From the NCBI RefSeq assembly GCF_001194135.2, contig NC_068998.1:33573102-33637101 (forward strand): a stretch of DNA of 64,000 nucleotides, read 5' to 3'. Both the position numbers and the translations under genes were made by a program. The notes below the pieces were generated by a model. It had not been told where the DNA came from. It saw only the letters and a list, made by a program, of their open reading frames with translations, and searched no databases. Below, one piece after another: positions 1 to 14,153 of the stretch. The stretch comes from Octopus bimaculoides (Eukaryota). Every line of letters begins with the position of its first letter. Within the stretch, counting starts at the first letter, position 1.

Positions 1-982
1 TTATGACTATGTATGAAAAATATGTATTTCTTTTTTTTTTTATCTAGACAATATATATAAATCAATAATTATAATAATTAGCCCAGGAGTGAAATGATAC
101 ATTTATAAGCAGAAAAAGTTAAAAAATAGAAGTATTCATTGAATTTGCAGCATAGTCATTCACAAATTTGAATTTGAATGTCAAATAGAGAATATATATT
201 CTATAATATGGATTTGTTAAATAAAAAAAAGGATTAAAAAAAAAATTGAATACCTTCTTTATTTGTGTTTGAATATCTGCATTATAGATACATCATAGTT
301 GTTTGCTTCTTTGCTACAATCAACCTTTATCAAGCAAGCATGCCAGCCATGAACATCCTGTCATCTAAGATAAAACTGCCTAATGTGTTTTGAATATAGT
401 ATAGTGTAATATGCAGCAGAATTGTTTTATCTTTCTAGCAGGTCAATAACCTTGAAGAGATTCCATAATTGGTTTAATATAATGCAGTTCAATGATGCTC
501 TGTATTAGGGAATTTGCTGTAGTAATAACAAGGGTTAATAAACAGCAATTTTCAAAGAAATGGAACAAATAAAGAATTTTAATTCCTAAATGGGAAGTTG
601 CACAAAAGGAATTATCAATGAAGGCGATATAAACATCTTGAATCAAACTGAACAGAGAAATGGAGGGTAACAATCAAGGTATATATTTATTTTTATACTA
701 AGTACTCGAAGCATGCAATGAATACACAAAAGATGTAGTGGCCTCACAATGATATTAAGAGAGAAGAAGGATTTTATATGTTATAGATACACAAGTGTAT
801 GAGTACCTAAGAAATTCTCTTAATTAGCCAGGAAGTTTGTTAGAAGTAGTCAACAGTTTCAGTTGTCTAATTACTTGATATGTTATACATTGTGTTGTGA
901 AAGCATAATAATAAAATAAGTAGGGGGTACTTCAGGAAGCTATTACCTTTATTGATATTTGATCTCCAAAGAGCAGACTATA

Positions 983-1462
983 TATGATGTGTGTGCTTAA
1001 AGTATGACACTGCATGACAGCAAAACTAGGGCTGGGCAAGGAATTTAGAGGGTATGTGAAGGCTAGAAAGAAATGAAGCAAATATGCACCACAGGCTATG
1101 TTATATCTGCAATGACTGATTGCAGATGAGTTGAGGAAAAAACCTAGCTATCAGAATTTTCACACCACAGAGTGCGAAAGGAAAGCCTGCACTAGTATGT
1201 AAATGTGATGCATTAAAGAAGAAACAGATGAAGGAGGGCCAAACAATGCAGGTAGAGGGAGGACTGGGAAAGGAGGACTCAAAAATGTGTACAGAATTGT
1301 TGGGTACTGATCTTGGGATGTTGAGACTCACAATAAAGTTAAAGGGTGTTGACAAGTGGCATGATGCTTTGATGAAATTGTCACTTCTAATCAATGGCAG
1401 CATGATAAAGGAAGCATAAAGAGGACAATGATAACTGCTAGTATTAAAACATTTTGATTTAT
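983..1462 (+). mobile_element. Degenerate RTE-clade LINE 3' remnant (end of ORF2)
   Basis: ORF 1228-1419 (MQVEGGLGKEDSK..DLGMLRLT..DKWHDAL) parallels the RTE C-terminus seen at 48200-48620 (AVEETCGRGRPRKT..WKFAV). Upstream sequence resembles a decayed LHGSETW..LRW..HV block. Many stops. Confidence 0.55.
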
Positions 1463-2706
1463 CAAACATATGGGTTTGAGCCCTTCAATCTCTGTTCTTT
1501 TTCAGATGCTGCATGACCACTCACATGCATATAAATATACCAAATGTGACACTTGTAAAAGAATAAAACAAACTTATTAAAATGTAATTTCTTGTAGTTT
1601 AATAAAAGTAATCAACAAGGTAAGTTATCTTAGAAGTTATCTATTGGTAAAGCCTATCATAAAAAATTGGTGCATTGAACCATATTCTATACCACTTTTG
1701 TTTTATCCCTTTTATACCCAGATGAGGAAATAAGTGTCAAACCAAGTCATGGATAAAAAATAATCACTTAAAACCCTTCAAGGTGGTGCTGCAGCTTGTC
1801 TGAAGTCCAGTATATAAAGCAAATAATCCTTTTGAAGATACACTGAGTTAACTGTAAACTTACAGCATCAGATAGAATGCCTCATGGCATTCTTTCCAGC
1901 TCTCTGCACTCAAGTTCAAACCATACTTAGGACAACTTTGTTTATCTTTCTTTCAAGGTTGCTAAATAAAGTATCAATCCACTGCAATTGATTTTTCACT
2001 GTGTTTTATTTCTGGAAGAAATTGGTTGTATTCAGACCTGGCAAGGAATGGGTTCTGCTAGATTTATAATGTTTATAGATTTAACATGATGAATGTTTCT
2101 ATAGTGACCCTACTCCTCCATCAGAGATTGTAAGCTCAAGAAAGGAAGGAAATTGGAAAAAGCCTTAAATTTCAATGATAATAGAGTTATTGATGATGGT
2201 GTAGCCATAACTAATAATTAAAATATAATCACTGATTCTTCATAACTTATCTATTATAATTGATTGCATTGCTTATACAATTGTTCTAATTAGAAAATTG
2301 AATCTATTAATGAAAATGTTTTCCTTAAAGTGTAAATGTCATAGAGCTTTTGAAAATATGGAAATCACTTCTGAATTTTACTATGACATTAAACTCCATT
2401 AAATTTCTATAGGTATGTGTATATCAACTGACATTTAATTATTTCTTTGCATATAAAGTCACGTCAGACAGGAAATGTGACTAAAATAGAGGAAAAGTTA
2501 ACAATGATCTCTTACTATATAGTGGAAGTATTTTTGTTAGCATGAGTTCTAAACTATCAATAGGGTTCCGCAAACTGAAAAATTCTTGGTTTCATATTTA
2601 CATTATTGACTTGCCCATATCTGCTCTTGTTGAATACATTTTCTTTTATCATTACTTTTTTTTAATATTTATTCATTATATTATGAATAAATTAAGTATT
2701 TTGTAT

Positions 2707-2890
2707 GGCGGCAAGGTAGCAGAATCATTAGCGTGCTGATTAAATGCTTTGTCTAATTTTTTTCTGGCTCTTTACTGTCAGAGTTCAAATACTGTTTAGG
2801 TGTTGACTTTACCCTACATCTGTTTGGGGTCAATTAAATAAATACCAGTCAAGCGCTGGGGTTGATGTAATTGACTAACCTCACCTCCCT
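2707..2890 (+). mobile_element. Degenerate tRNA-derived SINE (family B)
   Basis: GGCGGCAAGGTAGCAGAATC head, GAGTTCAAAT B-box-like motif, and GGGGTCAATTAAATAAATACCAGT core matching the better copy at 19774-19985. Confidence 0.55.
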
Positions 2891-2972
2891 CAATAGAAAT
2901 ATGGTAGATTTGGGGCTGAGAACATTTTTGTTGTGTATTGACAAACAACTCTAGATGTTTCTTTATTCTCAT

Positions 2973-2975
<3 letters not shown>

Positions 2976-3007
<32 letters not shown>

Positions 3008-3220
3008 TCTTCTTCTTCTTCTTCTCTCTCTCTTCTTCTTCTTCTTCTTCTTCTCTCTCTCTCTTCTTCTTCTTCTTCTCTCTCTCTCTTCTTCTTCTCT
3101 CTCTCTCTTCTTCTTCTTCTTCTCTCTCTCTCTTCTTCTTCTTCTCTCTCTCTCTTCTTCTTCTTCTTCTCTCTCTCTCTTCTTCTTCTTCTTCTCTCTA
3201 TCTCTTCTTCTTCTTCTCTC
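2976..3220. repeat. Compound (CT)n/(CTT)n microsatellite
   Basis: Alternating blocks of CT and CTT units. Source of the spurious poly-F/S/L ORFs at 2938-3266. Confidence 0.97.
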
Positions 3221-5089
3221 GCTCCTCCCCCCCCTCCCCCCTCTCTCTCAAGTAAGAAGAAAATGATGCTGCCGAAGCTAGTTGATATGGAATTGGTGGA
3301 TCGCTAACAATTTCCTTGGCTTGGAGTAAGTATCAAAGGTTTCTAGCATTAGAATGCTATGTGCAGTAGGAAAACATAGGCTTACAGATAAGGATAAAAA
3401 TGTGAAATAGGTCAGATGTACTCAAAATGTCAATATTTTGACCAGGAAAATGATTAGGGAACAATCAAATTTGCAAACTATTTTCACTTGAACCTTGATT
3501 CTTTGGGCTGCATATTTTTTTGGTTACCAAAAGTGTATGCAGGAAAAGAAAAGATAAAAGGAGGAAAAAATATGGACAAAAAATGCAAAGAGAGAAAGAG
3601 GGACTAAAGGTAGAGGGTAAAAAAAAAACAGAGGGAAAGAGTATTTGTGTACAGTTGTTGTTTAACCCAGATCAAAAGTGATTGAGAAGATCTGTGTTTA
3701 AATCATCCTTTCTTTTGATTTTTGAGTATTTAAGACTACCCCATCTAATATCTTTATTTAAAGCAAGTCTTACATGATTTGAGGAAGATTTAGTTGCTTC
3801 CTCTGCTAGAAATGGCAATTTCAAATCTATATTACTATGCAACTCAATAATTAATATATAGGTAAAATAACTACTTTTAAATCCCTGCCTTAAGCATTAA
3901 ATGAAATATGTATAATGTGATGTGTATATTATGGTATGTGTTTAAAATAGGATAAACTCTGTAAGTATGAGAGAAAAAAGCAAAAACTAATGTTAAAGAG
4001 TAATTATGAGATAATAATAATTGATAAGATGCATCATATCCTTGCATCAGGAAAAAATCTTAGTCAAAATAAATGAACTAAAACCACTAAATATATTCCT
4101 TCATGGAAGTTTTTATTTCTTAGTTTAAATTAGTGTTATTATATAATTTTATTTTAGTTATTTATAATTAGCCTTTCAGGACAGTATAGTGGTTTAAGGC
4201 ATAAAGTTATGGGATAAATAACCTGAAGAATTTTTCCTTATATTCTGTGTACAAATATTGCCAGGTCCAGCTTTTCCATTCATCATTGTTGGACAGTAAA
4301 TCAAGTCCCTGAGATGTGCTGGGCTTTATCAACAGATCAGGTGTATGGTCTTGTGCAAAAATTAGTTATCAATATTTAATGCAGTTCTAAAATTAGTAAT
4401 CAATATTTAGTGCAGTTTCCTTTGTAAATTAATGTACAAACTAGAGTGATATCAAATAGTTGTCAGATTGGTGTGAGTCTACTAAGATACTTTTTGGTAT
4501 AGTAGGTCTATCCTTATGGGAGAAGAATCTGAGCTGTGTAAAACATTTGCAGATGTTCAGAACTAAAGCACAACCTCTGAGCATGATATATACACTTAGA
4601 TTCTGGACCACTAATGTAAAAATCACGTGTTCAATTCTTACTATTAACTCCACAAAATTGAGCTCATTCTTGTTTGACTAATAACTTGCAAACAAGTTTC
4701 ACTCTTCTTATTTCATTCTTGAGTAATTAGCAGTGAAAAGGGCATCTACATGTAAAATGCAATTACTTCAACAAAAACATTCTATCCATGCTAAGATGCA
4801 AAAGTGGATGTAAAACATCAAGAAAATTATTCGATGATAACAATGTCTCACATTTGTGAAATATATTCAAAGGCTATATACATTGGTTGTATGAAAATAA
4901 CAACTGACATATTACTTTTTAATGACTCTGCAGATATCAACATTTCTCTGATTAAGCAGTGAACATTTGTTTAATCAGGAAAGAAAATAACACTCAACTC
5001 GATTTTATTTTTATTTTTTCAGTTTGATATTTTGAATTAAGAAAATTGAGATATTTTTCACGAATCAGAATTGGGAGAAAATTGAATTA

Positions 5090-5129
<40 letters not shown>

Positions 5130-5130
<1 letters not shown>

Positions 5131-7843
5131 TAGTCACAAGGAAAGATTAAAAAAGAGCAAATGTGGAAAAGGTGACTACAAAATAAAGTGAATACTTTGA
5201 GACAAGATTTGAGTAGAATAGAAATCTGGAAACTGAACTAGTTAGGAAACACAAGATGCAAATCTTCTCCTGAGAAAAAATATTTAGTCAAAGAGAAAGG
5301 ATTTGGAACAGTAATAGAAGTGTTGAAACAGCGTATCATAGCGGTAGCAGGTAATCTCTCCAGATATCAGAAAAGAATAAATCAGTATCAGCAGAATAGG
5401 TTATTTGAGACAGACCAGAAGATATTTTATAACCAAATAAATAGTGGAGAACAAAGTATCGAAGATGAGAAACCTAATGCAGAGGAGGCCAGAAAGTTCA
5501 GGAGTAATATTTGGGATAAACCAGTCAATCATAATGGAGATGCAGTATGGTTAAAGAAAGAAGTAGTGAGTGAGAAGCAGCCAAATATAAGATTAACTAG
5601 TGCCCTAATGAGTAAAGTGTTAGGAGAAATGCCAAATTGGAAGGGCCCAGGACCAGATTTAGTTCAAAGGTACTGGCTAAAGAAATTCAGTAGTTTACAT
5701 GGGAGGCTGAGGGAACAACTTCAGGATTGCCTTAATGGAGGAATAATACCAGATTGGATCACTAGAGGGAGGACAATACTCATTATGAAGGATAAGAGCA
5801 AGAGTAATACAGCTAGCAACTATAGACCAATGACTTGCTTACCATTAGTGTGGAAGCTGTTAACAGGAATGCTTTGAGAAAGCATTTATGAGCACCTTGA
5901 CAACTAGAAGTTACTACCAGAAGAACAGAAAGTCGCAGGAAGAAGGCTAGAGGAATGCATGATTTATTATATACAGACAAAGCAGTTCTAAATGAAGTAA
6001 AAGCTTGAAAGAAAAATCTAACAATAGCATGGATAGATTATAGGAAAACTTATGACATGATTCCACACTCATGGATAAGTGAATGCTTGAGTATGTTCAG
6101 TATAGCAGACAACATAAGAGAATTGATTACCATGATGAAATGGAAAGTATATCTATACTCAGGTGACACACTCTTAGGGAAAGTTAATATCAAATGAAGA
6201 ATTTTCCAGGGGGACTCGTCTCCTTTAGTATTTGTTCTATGTTTGATCCCAATCAGTTTAGTATTAAGGAAGGCAAAAGTAGGGTATCAGTTCAGAAATA
6301 GTAATGGGAAAATGAACCATCTGCTCTACATGTGTGATCTGAAGCTTTTCAGTAAGAATGAAAAAGAGATAGATTCCTTAAAACAGACTGTAAGACTTTT
6401 CAGCAAAGATACAGGCATGGAATTTGGCATAGATAAGTGTGTATTATTAGTCATGAGAAGGGGACAGGTAGTCAACAGCAAAGGCATCTAATTACCAGAT
6501 GGCCAGACATTAAAATCATTGAAAGGAGGAGAAAGTTATAAGTATCTAGAAGTATTAGAATCTGACAGAGTACCAACAACAGAAATGAAAAAAGAAATTG
6601 AGGAGTACATCAGAAGGGTGAGGAATCTAATGAAGTCAAAGCTAAATGGTCCGAATCTAGTGATGGCTGTAAATACTTGGGCAGCATCATTGCTTAGATA
6701 ATCAGTAGCTTTTGTAGATTAGACAAAAACTGAATTAGCAAAGTTAGACAGAAGAACTAGGAAGGAATTTAATATGAATGGAGGACTCCACCCAAGGGCA
6801 GGAGTAGCAAGATTATACCTACCTAGAAAGGAAGTTGGAAGAGGGTTAACATCAATGGAAGACTGTGTGGAGTTAACTAGAGTAGATATAGACTCCTATG
6901 TAGGTAATAGTGAAGGAAGTTTATTAAAAGCTGCCAGAGTCGCTGCAAGACTTAGGGAAACCAAAACACCAAACGAAGTTAGAAGTCAGAAAAAAGAACA
7001 GAAATTATCTGACTGGCAGGAGAAGGCATTGCATGGTAGATTCCCAATGATACTTTCAGCAAATAGTAGTAGTGAGGCATGGTTATGGCTGCAGAAGGGA
7101 ACACTGAAGAGGGAGAATGAAAGCTTGTTAGTAGCAGCACGAGATCAAGCATTAAGGACTTATTGGATAAAAGCCAAAATAGTCAAAAACTAAGTAGATT
7201 CCCAATGCAAATCAAAAGAGGAAAGCGTTAGTTATACAGTAAGTGAATGTCGCATGCTCTCACAAAGTATATATAACAATCTAGGGAGAGCAATCCACTG
7301 GGAGCTTTGTAGAAAGCTAGGATTTGAAATACTAATAAATGGTATGAACATGAACCTAGTAAAGTACTAGAAAGCAAGAAGTACAAGATGTTGTGTGACG
7401 TTAACGTTCAGACTGACACAGTAATAGAAACTAGAAGGCCTGATTTAGTAGTAGAAGATAAAAACAATAGAAAGTCCCAAATGATGAAAAAATGAGTATG
7501 AGAAGTATAGAAAAACAGCAAAGTACCAGGACCTAGCTACTGAATTACAAAGACTATGGAAAGTATGGGTAAAATGTATCCCAGTAGTTATAGGTACATT
7601 GCGAACTCTCCCTAAAGATCTGAACAGATGGATAGAGGAAATAGGCATAAAATCCAGTTTAGTACAGTTGCAGAAAACAGTGTTATTAGGGACAGCTAGG
7701 ATACTTAGGAGGTTTCTTAGCATTTAAGGTTATTTGCTGTAACCCAATAGGAAGGTTCTTGGCATCTAAGGCAACTTGTAGCCCAGTGTTAGGATTCTTT
7801 TCTTTTCCAACAGTGTAATCTGTTGAGTGTATATGAATAATAA
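5130..7843 (+). mobile_element. 5'-truncated non-LTR retrotransposon, R4/Dong-like clade (RT plus restriction-like endonuclease)
   Basis: RT motifs KGPGPDLVQRYWLKK, NYRPMTCLPL, FQGDS-SPL, HLLYMCDLKLF and YKYL. C-terminal KALHGRF, ESLLVAARDQALRT, a decayed CCHC knuckle (CKSKEESVS..SEC), RLE motif RPDLVVEDK, and end KTVLLGTARILRRFLSI* (stop 7725-7727). Bounded by (AAT)n at 5090-5127 and AATAATAA at 7836-7843. Confidence 0.87.
5320..7727 (+). pseudogene. Disrupted RT/RLE polyprotein ORF of the R4/Dong-like element
   Basis: Collinear fragments at 5320-5877, 6243-6491, 6519-6701 and 6774-7193, separated by stops and frameshifts. Catalytic YxDD reads YMCD. Confidence 0.85.
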
Positions 7844-7994
7844 ATACCCTAATGCAGTATCAGGCTGTGGCTCAAATGGCTTTTGATCTTAACTGATTAG
7901 AAGTGTTATCATGTACCTCTTTTGTCTTGGTATGTTGGGCTTTGAATATTTGTACCTCAGTATCACTTTGATGGCATGTGCCTCTCTCTCCCTC
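7844..7994 (+). mobile_element. Short non-coding unit bounded by (AAT)n, probable non-autonomous TAA-associated element
   Basis: About 150 bp of complex sequence between AATAATAA (7836-7843) and (AAT)n (7995-8047). No ORF. Family identity is inferred. Confidence 0.4.
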
Positions 7995-8047
<53 letters not shown>

Positions 8048-8048
<1 letters not shown>

Positions 8049-8199
8049 GTGTTTTTTTGGGCACTGCACACATCCTACGCAAAACACTTTCAATACAGTA
8101 ACCATAAGAGCATCACAACAAACCACAGCACATACCCAAGGCGCACAGAGCTGCGCTCGGTAGTGAAGTGAAAGCACGTTATAAAAATAAAACTACTGA
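8048..8199 (+). mobile_element. 3' stub of a second R4/Dong-like family
   Basis: 8060-8101 encodes GTAHILRKTLSIQ*, paralogous to GTARILRRFLSI* at 7689-7727, followed by a different 3' UTR and (AAT)n at 8202-8217. Confidence 0.72.
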
Positions 8200-11076
8200 T
8201 GATAATAATAATAATAACAATAGTAATTTTAATTTAATAATAGACAAACTGAAATTCCTATTTGTGATCAATATTTACAAATTTCAATATTTTATTGAAT
8301 TTTGATTCTAATTGTAATTTTAGTTTCAGATAATGCTTATTAACACCCTCCTTCTTATTAATTTCCCTTAGTGACAATATGTCAATCATCTATAATAATA
8401 AACTAGCATTAAATCATTTGTTAAGATACTCAATATTTTCTCTGATCACTATCGTTCTTATTATGGATTTAATTATCTTTCTATTAATATCTAGGCTGTT
8501 TTACAGGGACATTAAATTGATCCCTGGAAGGGATAAAAGGTAAAGTTGATCTCAGCAGGATTTGAGCTTCGGATGTAAAAAACCATAGCCGTAGGCATTT
8601 TATTTGATGCTCTATCAATTCAGCCAATCTAGCAATTTAATTTTGTTTTAATAGCATTTGTTGATATTTAAGAAAATGATTAAATATTTATTATGTAAAA
8701 AAAAATACAACATAATATTGTAATTTTGTGATCTGAGTTCAGAAGGGATTTTGAAAAATATTCTTGGAGCTGCTAAATTGAAAGAAAATAAAACACTCAC
8801 CAACAACAATTCTCACCATTTTCTCCAAGATGTTTTAACAAAATATAAGTTCATAAAAATGTTTATTGATTTCTCTAGATACATTTTTTACTTTGAAGAA
8901 GTGAAATATGAATAAGTTAAACATTTGCTGTTTATTTTTCAGTAACCGTAAACTGAATGCTGAATCCCATGATGACATCTCTTAGGCAATGTTATGTAAG
9001 CCAATGAGATTTTGCTTGATAAGTTATATTGCCACAGTTACTTGAGTAATCTTATATGATGATGCTAATATTAATTTGACAGCAATATTTATCAAACAAA
9101 AAATATTTAATAATAATATATATCAGAAAATTTCAAAAATAAAAGCAGCATTTCTAAAAATTGTGGACATTTTTCAGTATGACTGCATCCTCAGTTACAA
9201 AAGTAGGTTTTCAAAATAATATGCAAGAAAAATTTAATTTTTTATATTTTATTATCTGAATAAGAAGTAAACTGAAATATGAAGAAAGTTTATATATCAC
9301 ATGATGTGTTGATCAAGTATAAAGTGAAGAGGAAATATTGAAGTAAATTTTTTATCTGCTTATGACAAGTTATATTGCAGAAATCTTAAAAATTGTATTT
9401 ATATTTGACATTTCACATTTAAAATACCTGCTTTATATTCTAGCATTTCTTTAAATTCCATATAAAACTTGACAGTCTTAAATAACTTGTAATCGTTGAA
9501 AGTTATGCTATTGAAATGTATTACTGAAGTAAACATACACAAATAGTTGTTTGATGCCAGTATTATAGATTTCATAAAATGTAGTAAATTTGGCTGGTAT
9601 TTCGGTCAGTTTTTAAAGTTAAAGTTGAATAAAAAGTGAAGATAATATATTAGAGATATAGAGATGAAATATTAAACTTAACAAAATTTTATATGTGGAA
9701 AGGGTAAAGATGAAATGGTAACTTAATCATTCAACAATATTTTCTGGTCATTGAAAATCTTAAAAATATTTCTAGTCAGCTTATGTACAATAACTAAAAT
9801 CAGCTACATTATCTAAAATCGATTTGAGTAACAAATAATATCGAGTTAAGAAAAAAAAAAGAAAACAGAATAGAAATAATTTAAATCCTGAAATACTGAA
9901 CAAAGAGAAAGGAGAAAATGTGATGATAAAATACAAGAAATATTGAAAAATAACTGAATATATTGTGAAATAGGAAACATTATGCAAAGTGGTAATTGAA
10001 GATGCTAGATTTGAAGATTTTAGAAGATAGAAAACGCACGTAAACAACAGCAAAATAAATCCACATTCTCTAATTTCCTTATGACTTATATAAAGAAAAT
10101 TTAGTAATTCACTGAAGACTAAACTTGTAGTTTAACCCAGGAGTTAGAGCAAATAATTAAAACTTGGCAGGATTAGAGTTGATCAGTACCTCTTAGTAAA
10201 TCAAATTTCTATTGTAAACCTAATGAATCACCATCCTATAATATATATATATAACAACTGTTTTTGTTGTTATAGTCAATATTTATTTTTCCCCACAAGG
10301 GGCTGATGGCCCAGGATGTAAATAATGCTGAAACACTCTTTTTGTTTTGCTGATCCATTTTCAATTAACTTGCTAATTATAATAATCTAAAGAGGTAAAG
10401 ACTAACTCTTATCTAGAAGGCCTGTATTCAAGGGTGTTCCAACCATCTAAGAAATAAAATGTATCTTAGACTGTATTATCAAAAGGCCCTTTCTTCTTTA
10501 AGTTAATGAAGTAGAGTTTAAGGGATATTTGACTGCAATTTTTATGAAACTATGTGACCTCATAGAGATTTGTTTATTGGCTTAATTTGTATTCATTTTA
10601 ATGTCTGAAAAACAGTAGCAGTTAAAGCATAAGCAAGCCTTTGTGAGTAATATACAATAGCTAATGAAATATGATGTATTTCAATACACCATAGCACAAT
10701 ATAATGAAGTTGAATATTATCAGATAAAATAAATGATTATTTGCTAACAAGTTGTTTCAAAAAGAGCACAAACATTGACTGTAAAATAACATATGTAAGC
10801 AGCACGCACAGAATGGGTAGGTTTATGAGGTTTTATTCATTAATTAGCTTCATTGGTTATAGGTTTCGATTGGGTCAATGGGCAATTACCGAATTATTGC
10901 ATTTCTGATGATAATAGTACAAGACAATATTTAATAAGTGCAGAAAAATTATTGCAAAAAAACTTCATCCAAAAAGCACTGTTATTTTTCTGTAAATTTT
11001 TACATCCTGCACCAATGATCAGCAAAGGCACACACACACACACATTTGCACATACACACATTTGCGCAGATATATG

Positions 11077-11127
<51 letters not shown>

Positions 11128-11387
11128 NNNNNNNNNNNNNNNNNNNNNNNNNNNNNNNNNNNNNNNNNNNNNNNNNNNNNNNNNNNNNNNNNNNNNNNNN
11201 NNNNNNNNNNNNNNNNNNNNNNNNNNNNNNNNNNNNNNNNNNNNNNNNNNNNNNNNNNNNNNNNNNNNNNNNNNNNNNNNNNNNNNNNNNNNNNNNNNNN
11301 NNNNNNNNNNNNNNNNNNNNNNNNNNNNNNNNNNNNNNNNNNNNNNNNNNNNNNNTATATATATATATATATATATATATATCTACA

Positions 11388-12648
11388 TTATCATTATCAT
11401 TTAATGTTTATTTTGCATGCTGGTATGGTTTGCACTGTTGGACATGAGCTAGCAAGTGAAAAGACTGCACTGAGCTCTATTATCTGCTTTGGCATGGTTT
11501 CTATGGCTAGATGCCCTTCCTAATGCTAACTATTTTACAGAGTGTACTGAGTGATCTTTACATGGCACCAGCACCAGTGGGGTCACCAAGTAACTTACAA
11601 GACAAAGACCCCCTTAACTGGGAGGTGGTATAGTACTGAGGAAGGTGGCTTTGCACCAGTTGAGAGTTTAAAAAGTGTAATAGAAGGATAGAGATAGGTG
11701 TCTTGCTGTAGAGGAGGTACATGGCAACCATAGTTGGAAAGGAGAGAAAAATAAAGAGACAAAGAGCAAGTGAGAGAGAAAGTTAGAGAGGTGGTGGTGG
11801 TGGAGGAGGTGTTTCAGGATATAGCCTCAAGGTACAGTGAGGGATGAAATTAAGTGGTGTAGAGGATTGGACTGGGTGAGTGGGAAGTGGGGATAGAGGG
11901 AGAAGTTTGACAACAGTGTAAGTGGAGATGGTTAGAAATAGGGTGATTGTTGCAAGTGATGGTGTGAGATAGTGAAGGCATTGTGAGTATGATCAGATTA
12001 GAGAGCTATTAAGGATGGAATGTAGAAGAGGGGTAAGAGCAATTTTTGAAGATACAGAAAGGATGTAATTGATGGAAATATGGAACAGGGAAGATAATGA
12101 TAAATTGAAGTGGTTCCAGGTGGTGTGGAGGAAGGTAACCAAAGGGGAGGGGATGTAGTATGTACTTATTCTGAGAGATAGGAGTGGTTTTATGAATTGG
12201 GGAAAGTAACTAAAAAGGAAGGAATATAGCATGTGCATATTCTGCTCTCAGGTGATAACAGCAGCCAAGTAGAACCATATATATAAAAGTGATGAGTGTT
12301 AGGGGATGAGATGTAGAGTAAATACTTGACTGGGTCCAGAGAGTGGAAGTGGGAACAGAGTCCTGCACATTATTGTGGTGAGCAGGTCTTCCTGAACACA
12401 GCAAAATGACAATCATTTCAGTCCTTTGTCATCTTCTCCACAAAGCTCAGCATCTTTAGATTGACCTTCAATACTTCATCCCATGTCTTTTTGAGTCTCC
12501 CTTCATCCACCAGTTCCATCAACTTTAAGTAATCAGCACTTCTTTATGCAACTGACCTCATTCATATTCATCACATGACTAAACCAGTGCAGTTTACTCT
12601 CTTGCACACTACATGTAATTCCTCTTATGGCTAACTTGGCTTGGCGAT
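11388..12648 (-). mobile_element. RTE-clade LINE 3' portion: ORF2 end, long 3' UTR and decayed (ATG)n tail
   Basis: Minus strand 12648-12420 encodes AIRGITCSVQESKLHWFSHVMNMNEVSCIKKC*LLKVDG (RTE LRWFGHV block). 11388-11620 is the reverse of the RTE-type tail (AGGAAGGGCATC..GCATGG..TTAAATGAT). Continuity of the middle part is inferred. Truncated by a gap. Confidence 0.6.
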
Positions 12649-13190
12649 NNNNNNNNNNNNNNNNNNNNNNNNNNNNNNNNNNNNNNNNNNNNNNNNNNNN
12701 NNNNNNNNNNNNNNNNNNNNNNNNNNNNNNNNNNNNNNNNNNNNNNNNNNNNNNNNNNNNNNNNNNNNNNNNNNNNNNNNNNNNNNNNNNNNNNNNNNNN
12801 NNNNNNNNNNNNNNNNNNNNNNNNNNNNNNNNNNNNNNNNNNNNNNNNNNNNNNNNNNNNNNNNNNNNNNNNNNNNNNNNNNNNNNNNNNNNNNNNNNNN
12901 NNNNNNNNNNNNNNNNNNNNNNNNNNNNNNNNNNNNNNNNNNNNTATATATATATATGTATATATATATACATATATATATGTACATATATACATATATA
13001 TATTTTCATATATATATAGAAATATACATATATAAATATACATATATACATTTATATATACATATGCATATATATTTATACACATATGCATATATATATA
13101 CACACATATACATATATATACACATATGCATATATATATATACACATATACATATATATATATATATACATAAATATATATATACATATA

Positions 13191-13252
<62 letters not shown>

Positions 13253-14153
13253 NNNNNNNNNNNNNNNNNNNNNNNNNNNNNNNNNNNNNNNNNNNNNNNN
13301 NNNNNNNNNNNNNNNNNNNNNNNNNNNNNNNNNNNNNNNNNNNNNNNNNNNNNNNNNNNNNNNNNNNNNNNNNNNNNNNNNNNNNNNNNNNNNNNNNNNN
13401 NNNNNNNNNNNNNNNNNNNNNNNNNNNNNNNNNNNNNNNNNNNNNNNNNNNNNNNNNNNNNNNNNNNNNNNNNNNNNNNNNNNNNNNNNNNNNNNNNNNN
13501 NNNNNNNNNNNNNNNNNNNNNNNNNNNNNNNNNNNNNNNNNNNNNNNNNNNNNNNNNNNNNNNNNNNNNNNNNNNNNNNNNNNNNNNNNNNNNNNNNNNN
13601 NNNNNNNNNNNNNNNNNNNNNNNNNNNNNNNNNNNNNNNNNNNNNNNNNNNNNNNNNNNNNNNNNNNNNNNNNNNNNNNNNNNNNNNNNNNNNNNNNNNN
13701 NNNNNNNNNNNNNNNNNNNNNNNNNNNNNNNNNNNNNNNNNNNNNNNNNNNNNNNNNNNNNNNNNNNNNNNNNNNNNNNNNNNNNNNNNNNNNNNNNNNN
13801 NNNNNNNNNNNNNNNNNNNNNNNNNNNNNNNNNNNNNNNNNNNNNNNNNNNNNNNNNNNNNNNNNNNNNNNNNNNNNNNNNNNNNNNNNNNNNNNNNNNN
13901 NNNNNNNNNNNNNNNNNNNNNNNNNNNNNNNNNNNNNNNNNNNNNNNNNNNNNNNNNNNNNNNNNNNNNNNNNNNNNNNNNNNNNNNNNNNNNNNNNNNN
14001 NNNNNNNNNNNNNNNNNNNNNNNNNNNNNNNNNNNNNNNNNNNNNNNNNNNNNNNNNNNNNNNNNNNNNNNNNNNNNNNNNNNNNNNNNNNNNNNNNNNN
14101 NNNNNNNNNNNNNNNNNNNNNNNNNNNNNNNNNNNNNNNNNNNNNNNNNNNNN

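Noticed and set aside
12300-12420. FCCVQED on the minus strand as an APE endonuclease motif
   Set aside because: It lies 3' of an RTE ORF2 end, in a probable UTR, with no other endonuclease motifs.
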